The notes under the pieces were generated by a model that worked only from the letters and a program-made list of their open reading frames with translations, ran no database searches and was not told the origin of the DNA. Shown piece by piece: positions 29,997-39,684 of a stretch of DNA of 64,000 nt; position 1 is the stretch's first letter; each line of letters starts with the position of its first letter. The translations under genes and the position numbers were made by a program. Source of the DNA: an uncultured delta proteobacterium (GTDB lineage: Bacteria; Myxococcota_A; Polyangia; Polyangiales; Polyangiaceae); assembly GCA_963696385.1 (NCBI GenBank), contig CAVOKF010000005.1, positions 32,001-96,000 on the forward strand, given 5' to 3'.

Positions 29997-31649
29997 TTAT
30001 TGTGCCGCGTACTGCCAAAGCAGTTGTTTCTTCGTGTCGTCGATGATGCGCGGGAACTTGCCTTGCACGTTGCCGCCCGTAACCTGTGCGAGGAAGCGGC
30101 GCGCTCCACCGCTAGCGAGCAGCACAACGCGCGCAGGGAGCAAGGCGACGTCGTCCTGGCGGTGCTCGCGGTAAACGCGGTTCTGCATCCTCAGGCCCTC
30201 GTCGAAGGCGTTGGCGAACGCCCTGATGTCGCCGGGGGCGGCTCCTTGATGGAACTCGATGAACAAGATGTACCGACACTTCGCGCTGCCGTCGATACCG
30301 ACTTCCGCGCCGGCCCCGAAGTCGACCGCGGTGCCAGGATGGGCCGCGAGTGCATGAGTGACCGCCTGCTCGATTTCAACGTGGGTCGTAAGCTCTTGGG
30401 TCAACGAAAGGCACCCGGATAAGCGGCCTGCGAACTCGATGCGTAATGGATCGACCGACGCGAAGCGGACGATGTCCCCGAGCTCGTAGGCGTACAGGCC
30501 CGACGCCGTTGTGACCACGATGGAATACAGGCGATCGCGTTCGACGGACCACAGCGGAACACGAGCCGCGTCCGGGTCAGCGCGTCTCTCGATCGGAACG
30601 AACTCGAAGAATGTTCCGCGGTGCGGGATCATCAACATCCCGTCCGCTCCCGAGAAGTCGGACGCCGCGTAGACGCCACCTTCCGTGGCGTTGTACGTGT
30701 CGACCAGCGTGAAGTCGTTGCGCCCCATCAGCTCTCTAATGACGGGCAGATACGGCGCTGCAGCGACTCCCCCGCCGAAAAGGACTCGCAAGTTGGGCCA
30801 CACCTCAGTTATGCCTCGGACGTTTCGCCCGCGTGCGCGGGCTGCCGCTCGCACCTTCTCGAACAGGAGGCTGAACCAGCACGTTGTTCCGACGACCGCG
30901 CGCACGTCGTAATCAAGGTAGCGCGCGGCGATCACCGCGAGCTTCTCATCGTAGTGTTCAATCGTTCGCACGTCGCGCTCCGGTAAGTACACCGGTCGCG
31001 TCACGAGTGGCATCTTCGTCATCATGAGAGCCGGATTCGACGTTACGAGCGCCGGACCGTCCCTCCGCATCGTTGTTGGCGGAAAGAGGCCGAGCGTGAA
31101 GCCGCGGAAGAGGTCTGCATCTCGCGACCATCGCATATACCGCATCAGGGTGTCCGAGCCCGCGCGTTGCTGGAAGCGGATCTGGAGGTCCGTAATGGGT
31201 AAGAATTTGGACTTGCCGTCGCTTGAGCTCCCTGACGAATTGCCGAAATAGCGCACGGCGTCAGGGACGAGCACACCGCGTTCGCCCGCGCGCATGCGAT
31301 CGATGAGGGGCGAAAACGAGTCATAGTCACCCACTCGTACGCATCGAGCGAATGAATCGTAGTCACGGATGTGCGAAAATTCGTGCGCACGCCCGTACTC
31401 CGTTCGCGCTGCGCGACGGAGCAGCGACAGGAGAATAGTCTCTTGCGTCATTCGCACGTCTGCCAGTGCGGCGTCCCAGGCCTGCACCTGAAGACGCGCG
31501 ACGTGACGCAGCGCGTGGCCGAAAAACCTTGGGTAGGGGGATCGAACCAGCCTGCGCGCGTGGTTAGTTGACGCGGCTCCCTCGGCGCGGCCACCGTCGA
31601 CGCGCGCAGGTGCTTCTTGCGACAGCTCGTTCATCTGACGGGACGTCAT
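29997..31649 (-). CDS. GH3-family acyl acid-amido synthetase-like protein
   Basis: GH3/ANL motifs 'SSGSS..KSKFLPIT', 'YNATEG', 'FFEFVP', 'GLYAYELGD', C-terminal 'QGKFPR'. Confidence 0.9.
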   Translation of the reverse strand: MTSRQMNELSQEAPARVDGGRAEGAASTNHARRLVRSPYPRFFGHALRHVARLQVQAWDAALADVRMTQETILLSLLRRAARTEYGRAHEFSHIRDYDSFARCVRVGDYDSFSPLIDRMRAGERGVLVPDAVRYFGNSSGSSSDGKSKFLPITDLQIRFQQRAGSDTLMRYMRWSRDADLFRGFTLGLFPPTTMRRDGPALVTSNPALMMTKMPLVTRPVYLPERDVRTIEHYDEKLAVIAARYLDYDVRAVVGTTCWFSLLFEKVRAAARARGRNVRGITEVWPNLRVLFGGGVAAAPYLPVIRELMGRNDFTLVDTYNATEGGVYAASDFSGADGMLMIPHRGTFFEFVPIERRADPDAARVPLWSVERDRLYSIVVTTASGLYAYELGDIVRFASVDPLRIEFAGRLSGCLSLTQELTTHVEIEQAVTHALAAHPGTAVDFGAGAEVGIDGSAKCRYILFIEFHQGAAPGDIRAFANAFDEGLRMQNRVYREHRQDDVALLPARVVLLASGGARRFLAQVTGGNVQGKFPRIIDDTKKQLLWQYAAQ

Positions 31650-31677
31650 AGTCCCTGAGGTGACCGATGCTCAAGGA

Positions 31678-32130
31678 TCAAGCGCGGTCCAAAATACGTG
31701 ATGCTGCGTAATCGGCGAGCGTGACCACGGTGTCGATTGGGTTGAAACGTACGCAGCTCGGGAAGATCCTCGCGTCGCATACGAAGAGGTTGTCCACGCC
31801 ATGGATGGCCAAATCCGCTTCCACCGCGCGGACCTGCGGGTTGGACGAACAGGGGGTGCCTCCCTGCGGATGTGCGCAGAGCGCGCCGCGCCGAGTCGAT
31901 AGGATGGGCTCGTCGAGCATCGAGAGCCCCCTACGACGTCGCCCTGCACGGAAGGGGTGTCTGGAGAGCATCACGCTGCGAGCTCCGGACCCGGAGAAGG
32001 CGCAGGCTATTGCCGATGAAGCCACGCGCGTAGGATAGGTGCGGCGGTCGTCGTATCAAGTCGGCGTGCTGTTCGAACAACACGGCCCGCGTCGATAAGC
32101 GCTCGCGCCACGCTCGGTAGGTGCGTCCGC
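31678..32130 (-). pseudogene. Decayed GMC-family oxidoreductase (C-terminal remnant)
   Basis: 'AHPQGG', 'HGVDNLFVCDARIFPS...NP..TV..LA..AA..I' match the GMC C-terminal domain; no FAD-binding N-terminal domain; upstream limit approximate. Confidence 0.75.
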
Positions 32131-32650
32131 GTGGAGAAATCGCTCCACGCTGTTGGCGGCGTCGCGAGGAGCCAGTTGAACGGTCGCCAACTCAGCCGCC
32201 CGCGCGAGTGCCGGGAAGTCGCTTTACGCAAAACAAGCGCCTCCGCGCGTCGCGAGCGCCGATGGGTCACAGATCGCCTGAGAAGATGCGGGTCTCTGGC
32301 TGCGAGCGCTCGTGCGGAGAGCAAGCGAGCCCCCTCGCTACCGCGCGAGGCTCACCGAATCGGCGGATGCGCATAACGGCGTCCGCGACGTTGTTCGGTG
32401 ACTTCTCTTTCGAGCCGGAAGCGCGCGGTCAGGCCCGTAAATGAGAATATGGATGCCCTGGCGCAGCGCATACGTCGGTTCGGGTAGTCCCGCGTCAAGC
32501 TCGCTGAGGACGCCGAGAGTGAGACAGACCCACTTGGCGCTCGTCGGGTTGCGGTCACGCCGACGCTGGCGGGGCGAACCACTCGTCGACGCGGCCAGCG
32601 GCTCGGCGAAGAGGCCCGGATAAGCTATACACGCGTCAAGAAGAAGCGGC

Positions 32651-34621
32651 ATGCTCGATCGGAAGACCCCACGCGAAATTCTCGCGGCGAACGACAAGCT
32701 CGACAAGGATGTCATCGCGGTTAGGTACCGCGGCCGCATCGTCGATCTGCATACCCCCGTCGAAGCGACGGACTTCGAGCTCACGCCGCTTCACGCGGCC
32801 GACAAGGATGCCCTGGCCGTCATCCGGCACTCCACGGCGCACGTGATGGCCGACGCGGTGCAGCGGCTATTCCCTGGGACGAAAGTGACGATTGGTCCAG
32901 CGACCGACGACGGCTTTTTCTATGACTTTGACAAGCCTGGCGGGGGCTTCACGGACGACGATTTGCGCGAAATCGAGCGCGTCATGTTCGAGATCATCCG
33001 CAAGGACTCGCCGTTTCGCCGCCTGGTGGTCACCCGAAGCGAAGCGAAGCGCATGTTTTCGGCGATGGGGGAGACATACAAGCTCGAGATCATCGACGCT
33101 ATCCCGCAGGATGAAGAAGTCAGCTTATACAAGCACGGGGCGCCTCCGAACGAATGGATTGACGTGTGCGAAGGGCCGCACGTGCCATCGACAGGCTGGC
33201 TCCGGGCGGTTCGGCTGACCCACGTCGCTGGGGCGTACTGGCGCGGGGACGAGCGAAAACCCATGCTTCAGCGCATCTACGGCACAGCGTTCGAGTCGCC
33301 CAAGTCGCTTGAGGAGTACTTAGCGCTACTGGAACAGGCCAAACTGCATGATCATCGCAAGCTCGGGAAAGAGCTCGAGCTTTTCATGTTTGACGAGATC
33401 GCCCCGGCGATGCCGTTCTTCTTGCCTCGAGGCGCGTTCGTGTATCACGCCATGATCGAATTCGTGCGCCGTCTTTACGAGCGTCATGGATACGAGGAAG
33501 TCGTCACGCCTCAGATTTTTGATCCACGGCTTTTCCGGGCGAGCGGCCACCTTGGTCACTACAACGAGAACATGTACCGGCTTTGGACCGAGGACCTTCT
33601 CGCCGAGCCCGGCGAGGAAGTGGCGAACCAGTCTCGGGCTGCGCTGAGGGAGCATCTGCAACATGCGTCTTTCGCACTCAAGCCGATGAACTGCCCCAGC
33701 CATTGCGTCATCTTTGCGAGCCGCCGTCGCTCGTATCGCGATCTCCCGTGGCGCGTCGCGGACTTTGGGCGCCTCCACCGATACGAGCGGGGCGGCGTCG
33801 TTCACGGATTGGCGCGAGTTCGCAGTTTCTGCCAAGACGACGCGCACATTTTCTGCGATGAGAGAAGCGTCGCCGATGAGATCGCGAAATTCATCGATCT
33901 GTTGAACGTCGTTTACAGAGCATTTCAGTTCGAGAGGGTGGATATCAAGCTGGCCACGCGTCCTGCAGCCGACAAGCGTCTGGGCACCGACGAAGAGTGG
34001 GATCGGAGCGAACGAGCGCTCGCGGGCGCACTGGACCGGGCGGGACTGAAGTACGAGGTTACGCCCGGCGAGGGCGCATTCTACGGGGCCAAAATCGAGT
34101 TCCACGTCCAGGACGCACTGAAGCGCTCGTGGCAGCTTGGCACCATCCAATACGACTCGAATTTACCGCAGCGGTTCCGTTTGTCCTTCGTGGGCGAGGA
34201 CGGCAAGGAGCACCGGCCGATCATGTTGCATCGCGCCGTTTTCGGGTCGCTCGAGCGTTTTTTTGGCGTTTACTTGGAGCACTGTGGAGGGAATTTCCCT
34301 ACTTGGATCGCCCCCAAGCAGGCCATCGTGCTCACGGTCAGTGAAAAGAGCGACGAGCACGCTCGGCGGGTCGTGGAGCGCCTCCGGTCGAAAGGCCTAC
34401 GCGTCGAGGTCGACCTATCGAGCGATAAGCTCGGAGCCAAGATTCGAAACGCGCGTCTTGCGCGGTATCCTTACCTGCTCGTCGTCGGCCCCAAGGAGGC
34501 CGAGGCCGACTCAGTGGGCGTACGCTCACGCGACGCGGGAGAGCTGGGAGCGATGAAAGTCGACGAGTTCGTCGTGCGCCTGGTCGCAGAAGCTCAGCCA
34601 CCCGGAGCAGTCGCACATTGA
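32651..34621 (+). CDS. thrS: Threonine--tRNA ligase
   Basis: 'RHSTAH', 'GAYWRGD', 'DHRKLG', 'KPMNCP', 'RVRSFCQDDAH', 'HRAVFGSLERF'. Confidence 0.97.
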   Translation: MLDRKTPREILAANDKLDKDVIAVRYRGRIVDLHTPVEATDFELTPLHAADKDALAVIRHSTAHVMADAVQRLFPGTKVTIGPATDDGFFYDFDKPGGGFTDDDLREIERVMFEIIRKDSPFRRLVVTRSEAKRMFSAMGETYKLEIIDAIPQDEEVSLYKHGAPPNEWIDVCEGPHVPSTGWLRAVRLTHVAGAYWRGDERKPMLQRIYGTAFESPKSLEEYLALLEQAKLHDHRKLGKELELFMFDEIAPAMPFFLPRGAFVYHAMIEFVRRLYERHGYEEVVTPQIFDPRLFRASGHLGHYNENMYRLWTEDLLAEPGEEVANQSRAALREHLQHASFALKPMNCPSHCVIFASRRRSYRDLPWRVADFGRLHRYERGGVVHGLARVRSFCQDDAHIFCDERSVADEIAKFIDLLNVVYRAFQFERVDIKLATRPAADKRLGTDEEWDRSERALAGALDRAGLKYEVTPGEGAFYGAKIEFHVQDALKRSWQLGTIQYDSNLPQRFRLSFVGEDGKEHRPIMLHRAVFGSLERFFGVYLEHCGGNFPTWIAPKQAIVLTVSEKSDEHARRVVERLRSKGLRVEVDLSSDKLGAKIRNARLARYPYLLVVGPKEAEADSVGVRSRDAGELGAMKVDEFVVRLVAEAQPPGAVAH

Positions 34622-34740
34622 CGGCCGTGTCGGTTCGCGTCGACACTACGGTACCAGCGGGCCTGAATAGCGATGGCCGGACGGTATCGTCCGACTCGTC
34701 CATCGATAGTGAGAACAGCACGGAGGTCAAGTAAGCGAAA

Positions 34741-35475
34741 ATGGCATTGGGTCATCCCCGGTTCGATCCGCGTCAGCAGCAACGCGGCTATCAAATCCGA
34801 GTCAATCACCGCATTCGTGTCCCTGAAGTGCGCGTCATCGACGCTGACGGGAGCATGCTGGGCGTGCTGCAGACTCACGACGCGCTTCGCAAGGCGCAAG
34901 AACAGGGGCTCGATCTCGTCGAGGTCAATCCGAAGGCAGAGCCCCCCGTATGCAAGATCCTCGACTTCGGCAAGTATAAGTACGAGGAGAAGAAGAAGCA
35001 GGCTCAGGCACGCCGGAATCAATCGGTCGTCGAGATCAAGGAGGTCAAGCTTCGACCCAAGACAGACGACCACGACATCGCGTTCAAAGTGAAGGCCGCA
35101 CGCCGCTTTCTGGAGGCGGGCCACAAGGTAAAGTTCACCGTGCGCTTCCGGGGCCGCGAGATCACGCACCCAGAGAAGGCTCACGAGCAGCTCGACATCA
35201 TCCTCAAGGCACTCGACGACGTAGGCAACGTCGAGACCCGCGCGTCGATGGAAGCGCGCGCCATGTCGCTCATCATGGCCCCAAAGCCTGCCGTCATGCA
35301 GCGCGTCGCCCAACAGCGCGCGGCGCAAGAGAAGGCGCGCCAGCAGGCAGAAAAGGAAGGCAAGCCGCTGCCGCCCGAGCCGTCGTCAGCCGAACTGCCA
35401 GAGGACGATGACGACGACGATGACGACGAGGATAGCGAGGGCGAGGGCTCGAATTCCGACGGCAATTCGAACTAG
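34741..35475 (+). CDS. infC: Translation initiation factor IF-3 with C-terminal extension
   Basis: 'NHRIRVPEVRVI', 'LDLVEV', 'PPVCKILDFGKYKY', 'KVKFTVRFRGRE'; follows thrS. Confidence 0.96.
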   Translation: MALGHPRFDPRQQQRGYQIRVNHRIRVPEVRVIDADGSMLGVLQTHDALRKAQEQGLDLVEVNPKAEPPVCKILDFGKYKYEEKKKQAQARRNQSVVEIKEVKLRPKTDDHDIAFKVKAARRFLEAGHKVKFTVRFRGREITHPEKAHEQLDIILKALDDVGNVETRASMEARAMSLIMAPKPAVMQRVAQQRAAQEKARQQAEKEGKPLPPEPSSAELPEDDDDDDDDEDSEGEGSNSDGNSN

Positions 35476-35487
35476 AATTGGCGATGC

Positions 35488-35907
35488 ATGGCGGCCGCTC
35501 CTCAATCGCCCCGCATGCCCCGGATCCTCATTGCGAAGCCTGGGCTCGACGGTCACGACCGTGGCGCGAAGGTGGTCGCGCGGGCGCTGCGCGATGCGGG
35601 GCTCGAGGTTATCTATACCGGGCTGCATCAGACCCCCGAAATGATTGCGAATGCCGCCGTGCAGGAGGACGTGGATGCGGTCGGGCTGTCCATCATGAGC
35701 GGCGCGCACAACACCCTCTTTCCGGCCGTTGTTGACGAGCTGAGGCGGCGGGGCGCCGACGACGTCATCGTTTTCGGCGGCGGTATCATTCCGGATGTTG
35801 ACATCGCGCGATTGAAGTCGGCAGGGGTGAGCGGTGTGTTCACGCCGGGTGCGTCGCTCGCGACGATCATTCAATGGGTTCGTGACAACGTGCATCCGCG
35901 GGCATGA
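35488..35907 (+). CDS. Cobalamin-binding domain protein (acyl-CoA mutase small subunit)
   Basis: '[13 protein letters not shown]' (DxHxxG), 'SIMSGAH', 'GGGIIP'; start may be 35515. Confidence 0.92.
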   Translation: MAAAPQSPRMPRILIAKPGLDGHDRGAKVVARALRDAGLEVIYTGLHQTPEMIANAAVQEDVDAVGLSIMSGAHNTLFPAVVDELRRRGADDVIVFGGGIIPDVDIARLKSAGVSGVFTPGASLATIIQWVRDNVHPRA

Positions 35908-36539
35908 TTCGATACGAGCTCGGCGACGTCGCGGCCGTGCGACGCGCTTGGGCCGTTGCGGCGGTCCGGGCAATGATGACTCTCGCTCCGCTCGTCCTCG
36001 CCCTCGAACTGGGGCGCCCGCTCGGGTGGACTCCACGCTCTCCGTCTCTGGCGCTCGCGGCCGCGGTCTGCGTCCTGTTTGCGACCCAATCGTGGGTCCA
36101 GGGTGCAGCCGTGATGCGTCGCTTGCGAGCGCTACGCGTTTTCGTCGACGACGACACGATAACGGCCGAAATCGGACGAGACGCTCGATCAATCGTTCGC
36201 TCGCGCGTGGTCCGCATCGTCGAGATCGCCGGAGCGCTCGGCGGCATGCGGATCGAATCGGATCCCGACCCGAGGACGGGCGTTCCGGTCATCGTGACAG
36301 TGCCCCGCGGCGGTGAGGGATTCGGCGACGTGCGAGCCCATCTCGAGAGATGGCGTGGGGTGGAACGTCGTGGAAAGCGTGGTCCGTTCTTGCGGGTTAT
36401 GTTGGGCGTGGCGGTGATTGCGGGAGTCTTCTTCCTTCCGTTCGCGCTGGACGATTTCGTCGTTCGCTCGAAACTCGTTGCGGCTTTGCTCGTCATGTTC
36501 GTCTGGCTTGCGATGCGTTGGAAGCTGCGCGCTCACTGA
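35904..36539 (+). CDS. Hypothetical membrane protein
   Basis: ATGA overlap with the upstream gene; about four TM segments flanking a soluble region. Confidence 0.65.
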   Translation: MIRYELGDVAAVRRAWAVAAVRAMMTLAPLVLALELGRPLGWTPRSPSLALAAAVCVLFATQSWVQGAAVMRRLRALRVFVDDDTITAEIGRDARSIVRSRVVRIVEIAGALGGMRIESDPDPRTGVPVIVTVPRGGEGFGDVRAHLERWRGVERRGKRGPFLRVMLGVAVIAGVFFLPFALDDFVVRSKLVAALLVMFVWLAMRWKLRAH

Positions 36540-36824
36540 GCGCCTTCGCCTACATTTATGCAGAACGCTGCGGCCGGTGATGAACACAGGCATATTGCTT
36601 GCCCACGGCGACGGGGTGCTAAATGGCCGTTCTAGTTCTCGTGGCGCGCCTGGCCACTTGCGGGCGCGTAGTGGCGTTTGGTGGGAGATACTTTTTGCGG
36701 AAATTTTGCCGAGATTTGCCGAGAGAGGAGTGACGTCGAGCGGTGGCCAGCTTGTTGTTTGTGTGGGAAATGGATATGCCCGACTTTGCAGAGGGCTAGG
36801 CCCCGGCAGACAAGCGAATCAAGC

Positions 36825-37967
36825 ATGGACTTTGAGTTTGACGAGCACCACCGGCTGTTGCGGGAAAGCGTCCGGCAGTTTGCGCGGACGGAGGTCGCGC
36901 CAAACGCTCAGCGATGGGACCGCGAGGAGCGCTTCCCCGCGGAGCTGATTCCAAAGCTCGCGTCGATGGGGCTCTGGGGCATTCGAATTCCGGAAGAGTA
37001 CGGTGGCTCGGGAATGGGGATGCAGGCGTACGCCATTTGCATTGAGGAGCTTGCGCGGGTCGACGGCTCCGTAGCGCTGTCGGTTGCCTCGCACAATGGG
37101 CTTGGGACCGGGCATTTAATCGCGTTCGGAAGCGACGTCCAGAAGCGGCGGTATTTGCCAAAGGCATCGAGCGGGGAGTGGCTTGCGGCGTGGGCATTGA
37201 CCGAACCAGGTAGCGGAAGCGACGCCGCGGCGCTGCGGACTGTGGCGCGGCGCGAGGGCGATGTGTGGGTCATCAACGGCAACAAGACATTCATCACTCA
37301 GGGCACGATCGGCGCCTTTTGCATCGTTCTGGCTCGGACGAACCCATCGATGCCCAAGCAGCAGGGAATTACCGCGTTCGTGATCGATCACGGGACACCG
37401 GGCTTCAACGTATCGAGACATCTGCAGAAGCTGGGTTGCCGTTCGAGTGACACTGCAGAGCTTTCGTTCGACGACGTTCGCGTGTCGGACGGGCAACGCA
37501 TCGGACTGGTCGACCACGGCTTCGCCGACGCGATGAAAATTCTGGACGGTGGGCGTGTGTCGATTGCCGCGATGGCGCTTGGCCTGGGGTATGGCGCCTT
37601 GGAGAAGGCCACGTCCTATGCGAAAGACCGCCGCGCGTTCGGTCGAGCGATCGCCGAGTTCCAGGCAATTCAGTGGATGTTCGCCGATGCAAAGACGGAG
37701 CTCGACGCGGCCGCGATGCTGATCTACCGCGCCGCTTGGCTGGCGGATCGAGGCGAGCCTTTCACCGAGGCGGCCGCAATGGCGAAACTTTTCGCCAGCG
37801 AAGCGGCCACGCGCGCATGCAACAGCGCCGTACAGGTGCATGGGGGCTACGGTTACGTGCGCGAGTTCGACGTCGAGCGCCATTTGCGTGACGCGAAGCT
37901 CTGCGAAATCGGTGAGGGGACGAGCGAGATTCAGCGCATGGTGATCGCCAAGCACGTTCTCGGCTGA
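36825..37967 (+). CDS. Acyl-CoA dehydrogenase
   Basis: 'IPEEYGG', 'ALTEPGSGSD', 'NGNKTFIT', 'QVHGGYG', 'IGEGTSEIQR'. Confidence 0.95.
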   Translation: MDFEFDEHHRLLRESVRQFARTEVAPNAQRWDREERFPAELIPKLASMGLWGIRIPEEYGGSGMGMQAYAICIEELARVDGSVALSVASHNGLGTGHLIAFGSDVQKRRYLPKASSGEWLAAWALTEPGSGSDAAALRTVARREGDVWVINGNKTFITQGTIGAFCIVLARTNPSMPKQQGITAFVIDHGTPGFNVSRHLQKLGCRSSDTAELSFDDVRVSDGQRIGLVDHGFADAMKILDGGRVSIAAMALGLGYGALEKATSYAKDRRAFGRAIAEFQAIQWMFADAKTELDAAAMLIYRAAWLADRGEPFTEAAAMAKLFASEAATRACNSAVQVHGGYGYVREFDVERHLRDAKLCEIGEGTSEIQRMVIAKHVLG

Positions 37968-38173
37968 GCCGTCTCGGCGGCGTGTCCTCAGGCACGGTTC
38001 GGTCGGGGGACGTCGGGCCCGCCCTTCGCACGCCGGGGTCTCCCTCGCGAAGTGACGGCCTCGGCGGCCGTGAACGCCGGTAGCGGAGTGTGGGGTTCGG
38101 TCGAAGAAGTGCCTCCGTCGTTGGGTGTGAGTGGTGGCTCGCCCGGCGTCATTAGGTGCGGTGCAAAGAAATA

Positions 38174-38238
38174 TTGACAGACCTCGAGCCCAACCATATC
38201 GTCCCCTCTAGGCGTGGGAAATCGTGGCAAGAAGTGCC
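38174..38238 (+). promoter_or_regulatory. Putative sigma70 dcw promoter with three MraZ-type boxes
   Basis: TTGACA (38174-38179), 17 nt, TATCGT (38197-38202); GTGGG/GTGGC/GTGCC at 38214, 38224 and 38234 (10-bp period). Confidence 0.7.
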
Positions 38239-38263
38239 AAGCCACGACGGAGCGGCTGTCGAG

Positions 38264-38707
38264 ATGTTCCGCGGGCGACACGAGCACACGATCGACGCGA
38301 AGGGGCGGACGAGCGTCCCCGCCCGCTATCGCGACGTCCTCGACACCGCTGGCGAACGGCGAATCGTAGTGACGAGCGCTCTCGACCCTTGCCTGGTCGC
38401 TTACTCGCCGGCCGAGTGGAGCGAGTTCGAAGCGCAGCTCGGAAAGCTCCCGCGCTTCGACCGCGCCGTTCAGAAGCTGAAGCGCATCTACGTCTCCGGG
38501 GCCGTCGAGTGCGAAATCGACGACGTCGGCCGTATCCTCATCCCTGCGACGCTGAGGGATTATGCCCATCTGAAGAAAGAAGTTCTTTGGGCTGGCGCGG
38601 GCCGTTACGCCGAGCTCTGGGACAAGGATGAATGGCTCCGGCACGTCGAGACCACCGACGAGGAACGCCGCGACATTGCTGCGCGTATGTCGGAGCTTGG
38701 ACTATGA
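38264..38707 (+). CDS. mraZ: Division/cell wall cluster transcriptional repressor MraZ
   Basis: 'MFRGRHEHTIDAKGR', 'DDVGRILIP', 'ELWD'. Confidence 0.96.
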   Translation: MFRGRHEHTIDAKGRTSVPARYRDVLDTAGERRIVVTSALDPCLVAYSPAEWSEFEAQLGKLPRFDRAVQKLKRIYVSGAVECEIDDVGRILIPATLRDYAHLKKEVLWAGAGRYAELWDKDEWLRHVETTDEERRDIAARMSELGL

Positions 38708-39684
38708 GCAACGTGCAGCTCGCGCTACCCGGCGTGTTGGCGGATGGGTCGAGCGAGTGGGTTTGGCGGGACGACTTTGAGATGAGTGACGTGAAGCGCT
38801 TTGAGCACGCGACGGTCATGCGTGACGAGGTCGTGCGTGCCATCGCGCCCCGTCCCGGGGGCCTTTACGTCGACGCGACGCTCGGTGCCGGGGGACACAC
38901 CGTCGCGCTGCTCGAAGCCGAACCGAAGGCGCGGATCGTGGCTCTGGATCGGGACCCGGCGGCCGTCGCCGCGGCTCGAGAGCGCCTGGCGCCCGTGGCG
39001 GATCGCGTAATGATTGCGCGCTGCGTATTTTCGAACGTACGTGACCAGCTTGAGCGGCTGGGTTTCTCTCGCGCCGACGGACTTATTGCGGACCTCGGCG
39101 TGAGCTCGCCGCAGATCGACAACGCCGAACGAGGAATGAGCTTTCGGCGCGAGGGACCGATCGATATGCGGATGGACCCGGACGAAGGGGAGACCGCGCT
39201 CGAGCTCGTAGAGCGCTTGTCGGATGACGATCTGGCAAACGTCATTTATCGATACGGCGACGAGCGCCGCTCGCGGCGTATCGCGCGGAGCCTCAAGAAA
39301 GCGGTGGCTGCAGGAGAACTGCGAACCACCCTGGATCTGCGGCGAGCTATCGTGCGCGCGGTGGGCCCGGCTAGGATAGGCGGCGTCGACCCAGCCACTC
39401 GAACGTTTCAAGCGCTCCGGATTGCCGTGAACGGCGAGCTCGAGCAGCTGGCTCAGCTGCTTGCCGCATTGAGCGACGTTGTCGTGGAGGGCGCAGTCGT
39501 GGTCGTGCTCTCGTTCCATTCTCTCGAGGACCGCTTGGTGAAGCGCGCATTCGCTCTGCCCGGGTGGTGTCCGCTCACCAAGAAGCCTTTGGTCCCGAGT
39601 GATGAAGAAAGCGCGCAAAATGCCCGCGCCCGAAGCGCGAAATTGCGGGCGGCACGACGAACGGCCATCGGAGAGAGCGAATGA
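38704..39684 (+). CDS. rsmH: 16S rRNA m4C1402 methyltransferase RsmH
   Basis: 'VDATLGAGGH', 'DLGVSS.Q', 'DMRMD', 'FQALRIAVN', 'SFHSLEDR', 'RSAKLR'; ATGA overlap with mraZ (alternative start 38782). Confidence 0.95.
   Translation: MSNVQLALPGVLADGSSEWVWRDDFEMSDVKRFEHATVMRDEVVRAIAPRPGGLYVDATLGAGGHTVALLEAEPKARIVALDRDPAAVAAARERLAPVADRVMIARCVFSNVRDQLERLGFSRADGLIADLGVSSPQIDNAERGMSFRREGPIDMRMDPDEGETALELVERLSDDDLANVIYRYGDERRSRRIARSLKKAVAAGELRTTLDLRRAIVRAVGPARIGGVDPATRTFQALRIAVNGELEQLAQLLAALSDVVVEGAVVVVLSFHSLEDRLVKRAFALPGWCPLTKKPLVPSDEESAQNARARSAKLRAARRTAIGESE

Noticed and set aside
34622..34740. Possible tRNA between thrS and infC
   Set aside because: No T-loop (GTTCRA) in a cloverleaf context and no acceptor stem visible.
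35404..35427. GAC/GAT trinucleotide run
   Set aside because: Explained by the Asp-rich IF-3 tail.
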